Virus record (IMG/VR): IMGVR_UViG_3300032327_000515
Coordinates: 1-35,693 of that record
Source: a virus
Lineage: Duplodnaviria; Caudoviricetes
DNA: 35,693 nt
Strand: one strand, 5' to 3'
How positions within the stretch are numbered: position 1 is the first letter of the stretch; each line of letters opens with the position of its first letter. The notes under the pieces are model-generated. The model searched no databases and was not told the origin of the DNA. It saw nothing but the letters and a program-made list of their open reading frames with translations. The position numbers and the translations under genes are program-made. Shown in pieces: positions 18,532 to 26,411 of the stretch.

Positions 18532-20109
18532 TTATTGTTGTGAAGCTTTCTTACCCGATGGACCAAATGTGTCTGGACCAGGTCGGTTCTTCATTGATGG
18601 ATCAATCTCTACTGTATCTCTTTTTTCACCTGTCATTGTAGTTCCACCGGACATTACAATTCTAGCATCAGGCTTTTTTTCACCTAAATTCTTCTTCTCA
18701 TCAGGTTCCATAACCTTTGGTTTTTTACCATAGGTTTGAACAGATTTATCTTCTTTTTCCCAATCTGTCATGTCCTCTTTCATATTATGGTGCTTATATA
18801 AAGCTTTAATCATACGAGCAGATTTGGACAATCCTTGTTTTTTTGGTGCAACATCATTTGGACTGGTACCACAATCATTAGGTGACTGTGTTGCAGCCAA
18901 TGGATCTAATGTATCTTCACTTGTTGGTTTCATTCCTTGCTTGCGCTGCATATAACCAATTAGGCCTTTGACACGATTTTTAACAATTTTATCAGATTTT
19001 GCATGTAAATCAGCAAAACCTTTAGACATGTTTTTACCTGGTTCAGCAGCATCACGATTGGCCTGAGCATTTTTCATACTAGCTGATGATTTATCTTTAT
19101 ATGAAGATAGTGTCGATTTTGAGATTTCATCAATTTGTTCAACTTCTTCTTTATTCAGGTGTTTTTCCAACTTATCAATAGCACCTTTCATATCGCCTGT
19201 TGCAGGTTGACTGTATTTCTTTTCTCTTTCTGCTGCAGCTTTACGCCATCTTTCTAAAGCTGTTAATTTTGGCTTCTTGGCTTCAGTAATTTCAGTTTCT
19301 TCTGTAACCTTTTCATTTTTACTGGTAATGTAATTACCAACGGTATCGGCATAATCTGTAGCCAAAGTTATTTTGGCTTGTACCCATGCCGGCAATTGTT
19401 TTTCATAATCTTTACCAATATGTGACCGGATCATATCAATAGCTCTTTCCAGTTGTTCTAACTGGCTTAAAACCATACTACCTTCATCATCTAACATATT
19501 ACCCATAGCAATGGCGACATGATTTTCTTTAACCATACTTGATGTAATTGCGTCATAATCCTTCATAGTCAAAGGATATGTTTCACGCATATTGATTAAG
19601 CGTTCTACCATATTGTGGAGTTCAACGTCAGTTTTAACATCTTCACGAGTATACTCTAACACACGAATTAATAAAGGAATATCAAAACAAACTATATCTT
19701 TTTTATCAGTTTCTTCGGTTTGTAGTTCTTCAAACATATGATCTCTTTTCCACTTAATGAACTCACCAGATTTTGAATGAGAAATCTTCATATCTTTAGT
19801 TACATACTTTGGATTGATTCCTCTAGACATGAGGAACTTGTCCAATAAAGCATCCTCATCTAAAGATTCAACCGATTCAAATTGGTGATCTTGTTTCCAT
19901 TTCAAAAATGCACTCGATTTTGCATGTGAGATTTTAGTGTCTGTGGAAACAAATTTAGGATTAATACCTCTAGACAAAAGATATTTGCCTAAAGAACCAT
20001 CTTCAGCAATATTTGCTTTAGTGGACCAAGGATCCATTGGATCTACACCGAACCTGCCTTTTGCAGGTTCAGGGTTTATCCTAATTATGTCTTTTAATTT
20101 CTTAGCCAT
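18532..20109 (-). CDS. Modular putative internal head/core protein
   Basis: 525 aa, K/E-rich, modules separated by Glu-rich linkers, internal duplication. Confidence 0.75.
   Translation of the reverse strand: MAKKLKDIIRINPEPAKGRFGVDPMDPWSTKANIAEDGSLGKYLLSRGINPKFVSTDTKISHAKSSAFLKWKQDHQFESVESLDEDALLDKFLMSRGINPKYVTKDMKISHSKSGEFIKWKRDHMFEELQTEETDKKDIVCFDIPLLIRVLEYTREDVKTDVELHNMVERLINMRETYPLTMKDYDAITSSMVKENHVAIAMGNMLDDEGSMVLSQLEQLERAIDMIRSHIGKDYEKQLPAWVQAKITLATDYADTVGNYITSKNEKVTEETEITEAKKPKLTALERWRKAAAEREKKYSQPATGDMKGAIDKLEKHLNKEEVEQIDEISKSTLSSYKDKSSASMKNAQANRDAAEPGKNMSKGFADLHAKSDKIVKNRVKGLIGYMQRKQGMKPTSEDTLDPLAATQSPNDCGTSPNDVAPKKQGLSKSARMIKALYKHHNMKEDMTDWEKEDKSVQTYGKKPKVMEPDEKKNLGEKKPDARIVMSGGTTMTGEKRDTVEIDPSMKNRPGPDTFGPSGKKASQQ
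19729..20004 (-). repeat. Tandem protein-level duplication (period 49 aa)
   Basis: EDGSLGKYLLSRGINPKFVSTDTKISHAKSSAFLKWKQDHQFE vs EDALLDKFLMSRGINPKYVTKDMKISHSKSGEFIKWKRDHMFE. Confidence 0.9.
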
Positions 20110-20110
20110 A

Positions 20111-21841
20111 TTATTTGATCTTTGTTTTATCTTGAACGGATTTAAATGCCATTTTAGCTAAATCTTTTGCACGGCTCATTGGTGTATGAACAGCACCAGA
20201 TTTATCTTTTACATTCTTCTCAATTTTTTCCCAACCAGGTGTACCAGCAATAGTTGCTTCTTTAACTTCGTGTGATTTTCTTGCTGGAGTATTTTGTGGT
20301 TGAATGATTTCAGGAGTGGCATCTCCCAATTTTTGTTCACCCTCTTTAGCTAAAGGTCTAACTCTCAATTTGTATGATTTGAAAGAGTTTGATTTACCAC
20401 CAGGTAAACGACCAGCTAATGTGTCTGTTGTAATGGCAGTATCAGCTGGTTCATATGATTCTTTTTGTGCACCATAGTAAGCACCGAGAGCCATCTTCTT
20501 GCGTTCTGCTTTAGATTTACCAGCAAATTTAGGATTATCAGAATGAACAAAGTCATGAATCCAATCACCAGCAGATGCATCTTTAGAAAGAACTTCATTA
20601 ATCATTTCATCGAGTTGTTCTTCAGTTAATTCAACTTCTTCTTTGTTGAAGTTTTTATTCAAAAGTTTAAGTGTATCTTTTTTAGCTTTGGTTGCAGTAA
20701 CTGGTTTACCTGTATATTGTTTTTTACCAGCGTCAGTATCATACTCACTATTACCATCACGACCTGGAGGAGTTTGAGTTTTATCCATCTCAACAACAAC
20801 TTCTTCACGCATACTAACTCCAGCAGAATGCCTAATCTGACTAACAGCATCATGATGGCTATGGAAGTCATCAATTTGGCCATAATCTTCGTCATCTTTG
20901 TCACCTTGAGGACTATGATATGCGGTATGAACTCCGTGTTTTTTGTTGTGAACCACATAGCCAATTTTTTGGCCATTATGGTAGACGCCATGTTCAGCTT
21001 CTTTTTTATCATCATATTCTTTTTTAACTTCAATACCTTTAGCTTCAGTAACAACTTCTTCTGGTAACTTGCCAGTAGGACCATGCTTACCGGCAGAACC
21101 CCTAATCTTATCTTTTAATGATTGAGTTTTTTTAGCAATTGTTGTTGCTCTTGGTTTAGTTCCATATTCATGTGCTCCTGTTCCACCCCTTTTAGTTGGA
21201 GCTCCCGGCGCATATAAACTGCGAAAGGCTAATTGGTCACCTGGAGTAAATTGAGCAAAACGAGCCTTTTCATCCAATTCTTCAACTTCTTCGTTACGAG
21301 CTTTAGCAAGGTTCTCAGGAGCAGAGATAGAATCTTTCTTAGGAGCTTTAACATCAGCAACAGTCAATGGTGTGTCACCTTTAGCTTTACGGAGATAAGC
21401 AGGCACATCAGACTTACGGACTGTTTCTAAAAGTTTTTCGGTAAACTCACGACCTTCTTTAACTTTCTTTTTACCACGGAGAATTTTGAAATCCTGAGCA
21501 TCAATCTTATTGTTGTTATTGGCATCAATCTTATGTTGGTCACCTTTTAATTCTTCTTGCATTTCTTTTTCTTTAGGACCTTTGAGTTTGTCAATGTCCT
21601 TTTTAGTTTGGTCAGCACGAGCCTTTTTAGAATTGCCATAAGAAGAACCGTAAACTTTCATTCCTGTTGGAGTCGCCACCTTCTCAGAAGCTTCCGATAA
21701 ATTTACTTGTGTTCCAGCCGGTGCCATTGGTACCCGTTGACTATCTGATGGTTGTACTGTGCTCTTTTCTTCAACCTTAACTTCAAGGACTGAATTAACG
21801 GCATCAATTACGGCTTGACTTACTTTAGATTTTCCAAACAT
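20111..21841 (-). CDS. Modular putative internal head/core protein
   Basis: 576 aa, Lys-rich modules separated by EEV...E linkers; EF-hand-like loop. Confidence 0.75.
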   Translation of the reverse strand: MFGKSKVSQAVIDAVNSVLEVKVEEKSTVQPSDSQRVPMAPAGTQVNLSEASEKVATPTGMKVYGSSYGNSKKARADQTKKDIDKLKGPKEKEMQEELKGDQHKIDANNNNKIDAQDFKILRGKKKVKEGREFTEKLLETVRKSDVPAYLRKAKGDTPLTVADVKAPKKDSISAPENLAKARNEEVEELDEKARFAQFTPGDQLAFRSLYAPGAPTKRGGTGAHEYGTKPRATTIAKKTQSLKDKIRGSAGKHGPTGKLPEEVVTEAKGIEVKKEYDDKKEAEHGVYHNGQKIGYVVHNKKHGVHTAYHSPQGDKDDEDYGQIDDFHSHHDAVSQIRHSAGVSMREEVVVEMDKTQTPPGRDGNSEYDTDAGKKQYTGKPVTATKAKKDTLKLLNKNFNKEEVELTEEQLDEMINEVLSKDASAGDWIHDFVHSDNPKFAGKSKAERKKMALGAYYGAQKESYEPADTAITTDTLAGRLPGGKSNSFKSYKLRVRPLAKEGEQKLGDATPEIIQPQNTPARKSHEVKEATIAGTPGWEKIEKNVKDKSGAVHTPMSRAKDLAKMAFKSVQDKTKIK

Positions 21842-21842
21842 T

Positions 21843-23738
21843 TTATTCTCCGGTTTTCTTCTTTTTCTTAATGGTCGTTACTTCTAATGCTTTAATTTTC
21901 ATGTCTGATGTTGTGCTCATCGGTTCTTTATTCGATGCACCACCTAATGTTCCACCTACACCCATATCACAGGCACCTGGATCATCGATAGCTTCTTTTA
22001 CTTTTCTAAACTTCTTAAACTCTTTTTTAGTACCATAATCACTACTCAAAGTATTAGGTGATCCACCTGAAGGCATTGCCGTGCTGGCAGGATTTGCATT
22101 ACTAAATTCTTCACTCTCACTATATGTTTGGTTACCCAAACCAGCACCACCTGTTAAACCTGAACCGTTTGTTCTTGTATTCCACTCTGAACCCAAAGAT
22201 GATGGTGGTTCATTACGAGGAACCCCTAAAGATTTATCACCTCTTTTTAATCTTTTTTCTTTGTCGTTATCTTTGCTGAAGTTGGTTTCTTTTGGCTCGG
22301 ACGTGGCTTGGAGGATTTGACCTTCTGCGTAGACGCCGGCGTTTTGGCCGAACGTGTAGGTTTTACCGTTGGGGTTTTTTCTTGGGAAGGTATTTCCTTT
22401 GATTTCGTCTCCGTTACTGGTTTCACCAGGTCTGTTGTCTGGAGTGGCGTCTGCTGGCCCTCTTGACCGTAAATTGTTATTAATGTCGATTTTAAGAAAT
22501 CGGTTATACGTTTTAACATTTTTTTCTTCTTTAAATAATGAATTAACATTCAATTGTTTTCTACGATTCAACCAATCTTCGGCTGTTTCTCCAAAAGTGT
22601 TCGAATCTAAAAAATTCTTTGTGGATTCATACACTTCACCAATATCTTCTTCTTTACTATCTAGGTCACCAGTATTATCAAATTCAATAAAGGTTTTAAA
22701 TGACTCGGTGAAATATTTAGTATTCCTTTGCGATTTAGACCATTTGTCCTGACGGATTGATTCTACCATCATTCTAGATAATAATGAATTTCTTTCTTTA
22801 CTGACTTCATTGGTGGTATTGACGAAAACCATCATGGTTTCATATCCTAACTCTTCCAATTCTTCTTTAATATAAGAAAGTCTGGTTTTATCATCAGCAG
22901 GTCCATTAATAATCAAAGGACCACGGTTACGAATACCTTCTCTACGTAAATCATTAGTTTTCTCCGACAACTTTCGTTTATCAGCCAAATACTCCTGTGC
23001 TTGTACAAAATTGAGTTCTACAATACGAGATTCTGCAATGGCTTCACGGATGATAATATCTTTACCTGAACCCGGACCACCAGTTACAAAGATTGCACAG
23101 AATTTACCACGGTTGAAATCCTCATGTAAACCCATACCCTTACGAGTATCTTGCATAAGTTCTTTTGCGTGTTTATCTGAAACGTGGTCAGGAACACCCT
23201 TACGAAACTCTCCAAAATTATTATTTTTAGCGTGTTCTCTCATTTTGGTACCAGACATACCTTCAGAACCTTCAGAATCAGGATCTCTCTGGCCAGCAGA
23301 ATGAACAGTAATTTTCTTGAAATGATATGGTACACGACCTTCTTTATTTGGTTTACCATTATATTTGTTTAGAGAATCTTTAAATTCTTTAACACGGTCG
23401 GAACCAACAACTACATGAAGATGTGTTACACCTTGGTTATGTAACTTTTCCGCATGTTGAAAAATAGATGGATGTTCTTTTGTGGAGGATTCAATATTTG
23501 TACCAGGTGAATATCTTTGTAAATGTTTTACTTTTTGTTTACCGGACAAAGGATTCTTTTTACCATCTTGTGAATGTGAAACAATAATGTGGTGTGAACC
23601 ACCAACTCTAGCCGCAACTTCCTTAACCTTATCAATTACTTTTAAATGGCCCGTGGTTGGAGGATTCATGCGACCAAAGGTCATCACGGCATGTTTGCCG
23701 GATTCTTTTTCTTCGACTAGTTCTAAAAAACTTTTCAT
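21843..23738 (-). CDS. Nucleotidyltransferase (HIGH/TxGH class) fused to a P-loop kinase-like domain with disordered tail
   Basis: FGRMNPPTTGH, VVGSDR, MSGTKMR; then FVTGGPGSGKD Walker A; N-terminal MKSFLELVEE. Confidence 0.85.
   Translation of the reverse strand: MKSFLELVEEKESGKHAVMTFGRMNPPTTGHLKVIDKVKEVAARVGGSHHIIVSHSQDGKKNPLSGKQKVKHLQRYSPGTNIESSTKEHPSIFQHAEKLHNQGVTHLHVVVGSDRVKEFKDSLNKYNGKPNKEGRVPYHFKKITVHSAGQRDPDSEGSEGMSGTKMREHAKNNNFGEFRKGVPDHVSDKHAKELMQDTRKGMGLHEDFNRGKFCAIFVTGGPGSGKDIIIREAIAESRIVELNFVQAQEYLADKRKLSEKTNDLRREGIRNRGPLIINGPADDKTRLSYIKEELEELGYETMMVFVNTTNEVSKERNSLLSRMMVESIRQDKWSKSQRNTKYFTESFKTFIEFDNTGDLDSKEEDIGEVYESTKNFLDSNTFGETAEDWLNRRKQLNVNSLFKEEKNVKTYNRFLKIDINNNLRSRGPADATPDNRPGETSNGDEIKGNTFPRKNPNGKTYTFGQNAGVYAEGQILQATSEPKETNFSKDNDKEKRLKRGDKSLGVPRNEPPSSLGSEWNTRTNGSGLTGGAGLGNQTYSESEEFSNANPASTAMPSGGSPNTLSSDYGTKKEFKKFRKVKEAIDDPGACDMGVGGTLGGASNKEPMSTTSDMKIKALEVTTIKKKKKTGE
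22247..22519 (-). CDS. Putative overprinted Lys/Thr/Pro/Ser-rich protein (90 aa) nested in +1 frame
   Basis: MLKRITDFLKSTL...KPTSAKITTKKKD; host-frame codons end in C in about 36 of 91 codons here versus about 2 of the next 50 (hand count). Confidence 0.6.
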   Translation of the reverse strand: MLKRITDFLKSTLITIYGQEGQQTPLQTTDLVKPVTETKSKEIPSQEKTPTVKPTRSAKTPASTQKVKSSKPRPSQKKPTSAKITTKKKD

Positions 23739-23741
23739 ATT

Positions 23742-25145
23742 TTAATGTGAGTATGCTGGAGTTACATTCCAGTTTGATGTATTGGATTTCAAAGCGTTAC
23801 TATTAGTTTTTGGTCTATAATGTGCTAAAGCTGTATGTGAACCGTCTTTTTCAACCTTATGTAGCGTTACTGTGGCACCGTTTCTAGAAACTGCATATTT
23901 TGTTTTTTTACTATTAAATACTTTGTTTAGTGGATGTTCACTTCCCGGTGTAACTGTTGCTTTAGTTTTTTGCTTAGTGTCACCTTTTACACTCACTTTA
24001 GACCAAGGCATTTTGGTTTTCGGCGTTAAATGATGACTTAATAATTTACCAACCATTCTATGACCTTCGTCACCGACATTATGTAATAAGTGGTGGATGT
24101 GGTCATGTAATTCTCTTGCTGTATCAGCATGAACCGGTCTTGTTAATTCGTTTGCCTTTTTTTCAATAGAAGAATGATTGTCAACACCTTCTTTTTTTCT
24201 AACTGAGTCAATTAGTCGTCCTCTTTCAACTGCAGACTTATCTCCGTGTCCCATTTCATTATGTACTTTTGTCAAACCTTCTCTAGCAACTTTTTCTGTT
24301 CCTAATTTTCTTGTGGGGTGATCCAATGTATTATCAAAGTGAATTGCTGGATTTTTTGCAGTGATTGTTTTTTGTTTTTCGGAAGATTTTAATGAAAAAC
24401 CTTCATGTTGTATTTCATGTCCTTCACCAAAAGACTCTTTTAAATGTCCTGGAACATAAGAACTGACACTAACATCCGATGGATTAGTTTGGTCATCATT
24501 ATATTTTCCTTTAGTGAATTTTCCAATATCACCATTCTTAGCTGTGTGTCCCACAGAAGCAATTCTAACATTCGGTCCGTGCTTTTGTTTTAACGTTTCT
24601 AGTATAGCATCAGCTGCTACTTTTCCGTGATGTTCACGAACTTGAGCTTGAGATTTTTGTTTTGGGTTTATTGCATATTTCTTTTTAATATCATCAATTG
24701 CTTTTTTATGTGGAGCTATATCATTCTTATGTTCTTCTGATCCATAAGATCCATGTTGTGCGTGCATATGGTGAATTAGATGGACAATGGTTGAATGTTC
24801 TGTTATTTTTCCGGCCGGATCACCAAGAAGTCCTTTTTCTTTTATTTCTGCTTCATGTAATTCTTGTTCATCATCATCGTGGCCGGATTTTTCTAAATCT
24901 TTTTTGGTTGGTTCATTTGTATTATGATCCCAATGTACCAATTTTGTTATACCATGTAAATTCTTATTGAAGAAAACTGCATGTTTACCATTAGGATTAT
25001 TAAAAACGTGCACATCAACTTTATGACCATCTTTTGTTGAATATGTGTGGAAAGGTTTTAAACTAGAAAAATCATGGTCATCACCAAAATTTTCTTGAAT
25101 AGGAACAATGTAAGATTCTTTTAACCAACTTTTAAATTTTTTCAT
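23742..25145 (-). CDS. His-rich protein with possible PD-(D/E)XK nuclease-like core
   Basis: MKKFKSWLKE; E...NPSDVSV...GFSLK...KN. Confidence 0.6.
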   Translation of the reverse strand: MKKFKSWLKESYIVPIQENFGDDHDFSSLKPFHTYSTKDGHKVDVHVFNNPNGKHAVFFNKNLHGITKLVHWDHNTNEPTKKDLEKSGHDDDEQELHEAEIKEKGLLGDPAGKITEHSTIVHLIHHMHAQHGSYGSEEHKNDIAPHKKAIDDIKKKYAINPKQKSQAQVREHHGKVAADAILETLKQKHGPNVRIASVGHTAKNGDIGKFTKGKYNDDQTNPSDVSVSSYVPGHLKESFGEGHEIQHEGFSLKSSEKQKTITAKNPAIHFDNTLDHPTRKLGTEKVAREGLTKVHNEMGHGDKSAVERGRLIDSVRKKEGVDNHSSIEKKANELTRPVHADTARELHDHIHHLLHNVGDEGHRMVGKLLSHHLTPKTKMPWSKVSVKGDTKQKTKATVTPGSEHPLNKVFNSKKTKYAVSRNGATVTLHKVEKDGSHTALAHYRPKTNSNALKSNTSNWNVTPAYSH

Positions 25146-25855
25146 TTTGCAAACCTTGGATTGTTTAAAATTGCATTTGAAACTTTAACTGGAACCAACT
25201 TAGTAGTAGGTCTCATTTTGCCTTCTTTATCTTTCTTTTGGAGAACAATACCTTCACCCGCAGATTTCTTACCATCAATACTTGTTTCCATGTCAGGATG
25301 TTTAACACCCCTCAATACATGTTCGGTGGCTTGACCCAAATGATGGCGAATATCCAAAGACCGTTGAAAATGATGAGCATTTTTATCAACATGATCTGAT
25401 AGTGATTTAAATTTTGATTTGGTTTTTTCTTGGCCGGCCGCAGTTTTTAATTTTCCAGCAGCTTTTTCACCTTCGTCATGTAAATGTTTTTTATATCCTT
25501 CAACAGAAGCAGTTTCACCACGGCGAGTGGTCCTATTTAAATAGGTAGTAAAATGGCCACCTTTTTTGGCGTCAATGTGTTCTGGAGTTAAATGGTGTGT
25601 AGTATGATTCTTCATTAATGCTTCAGCAGCATTAAGATGGTGTTCCGTTGCATCTCTATCTTCTTTTGAATATGTAGAAGGTTCTGCTTTATATTCATGT
25701 TGTGGAACAAATACGTTTTTACTGGGTTTCAAAGCACCTTTGGTAACACCATGTGCTACGCCATGAGTTATTTCTGTATGTACAGCAATTCCTAGTGGAG
25801 CATCAGTTTTTGCTTTGTAAGTAATTCTATTAGGTGTTGTGGTCGTTGTGGTCAT
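25142..25855 (-). CDS. C-terminal part of a DUF6267-like (ligase-fold) protein
   Basis: TPNRITY, GIAVHT, EGIV, KLV. Confidence 0.65.
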   Translation of the reverse strand: MTTTTTTPNRITYKAKTDAPLGIAVHTEITHGVAHGVTKGALKPSKNVFVPQHEYKAEPSTYSKEDRDATEHHLNAAEALMKNHTTHHLTPEHIDAKKGGHFTTYLNRTTRRGETASVEGYKKHLHDEGEKAAGKLKTAAGQEKTKSKFKSLSDHVDKNAHHFQRSLDIRHHLGQATEHVLRGVKHPDMETSIDGKKSAGEGIVLQKKDKEGKMRPTTKLVPVKVSNAILNNPRFAK

Positions 25856-26286
25856 GATTTTGTTCCTGGTTCTACTGGAGTATGTAGCAAATCTCCCTGG
25901 ACATGATGGCCTTTATTAACAAATTCGTGGCCGTGTTTTAATAGATGTTTTAATGATGTTGCATATTCTGGCTGGTGACCAAAATGTTTATCAATTTCCT
26001 CTGGAGTTCTAGCAATAACTCCTCTAGCAATACGATGTTTATCAGAAACACCAACACCTTTATCATCATGAATCACATGAACAGAGGCACCACCATCAGT
26101 TTTTAAAGATGCTCCAACGGTACTTGGTTTACCCATACGTTTTTTATGAAACTGTCTAAGTAAATCTAAAGCCATCTGACCATGTTTAGGATCTTCGTGA
26201 GGCAAGTCTTTTGTATGCGTAAGATGACCAAGCATCTCATCGTCAACAGACGTTGCTTCGGTTAAAAAAGACTTAAATGATAACAT
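25852..26286 (-). CDS. N-terminal part of a DUF6267-like (ligase-fold) protein
   Basis: MLSFKSFLTE; HLTHxxD, KTDG, QGDL. Confidence 0.65.
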   Translation of the reverse strand: MLSFKSFLTEATSVDDEMLGHLTHTKDLPHEDPKHGQMALDLLRQFHKKRMGKPSTVGASLKTDGGASVHVIHDDKGVGVSDKHRIARGVIARTPEEIDKHFGHQPEYATSLKHLLKHGHEFVNKGHHVQGDLLHTPVEPGTKS

Positions 26287-26332
26287 TGTAATTTCCTTCT
26301 GATTTGCAACACACTCTGGTTGCCGATTACCT

Positions 26333-26340
26333 TATTTATA
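26333..26340 (-). promoter_or_regulatory. T4-type late promoter
   Basis: Exact TATAAATA in an intergenic gap at the head of the putative head-protein block. Confidence 0.85.
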
Positions 26341-26344
26341 CAAC

Positions 26345-26387
26345 ATCAAACCTTTCTGGTTCAAAACCTAGAAAGATTGGGTTTGAT
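26345..26387. other. Long imperfect stem-loop
   Basis: ATCAAACC/GGTTTGAT outer arms, TTTCT/AGAAA and GGTT/AACC inner arms. Confidence 0.55.
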
Positions 26388-26411
26388 ACATAGTGCCTAA
26401 AATGTTGGATT

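Noticed and set aside
20659-21084. 141 aa alternative-frame minus-strand ORF, and similar ones at 2649-3161, 9247-9501, 10716-11966, 13238-13495
   Set aside because: Leu/Met/Lys-rich composition is the expected by-product of T/A-ending codons in the main frame; no codon shift like that at 22247-22519 was apparent
25852-25854. TGA readthrough or alternative genetic code at the split gene
   Set aside because: The continuation is in a different frame, the in-frame reading hits TAG about 20 codons later, and other genes are intact under the standard code
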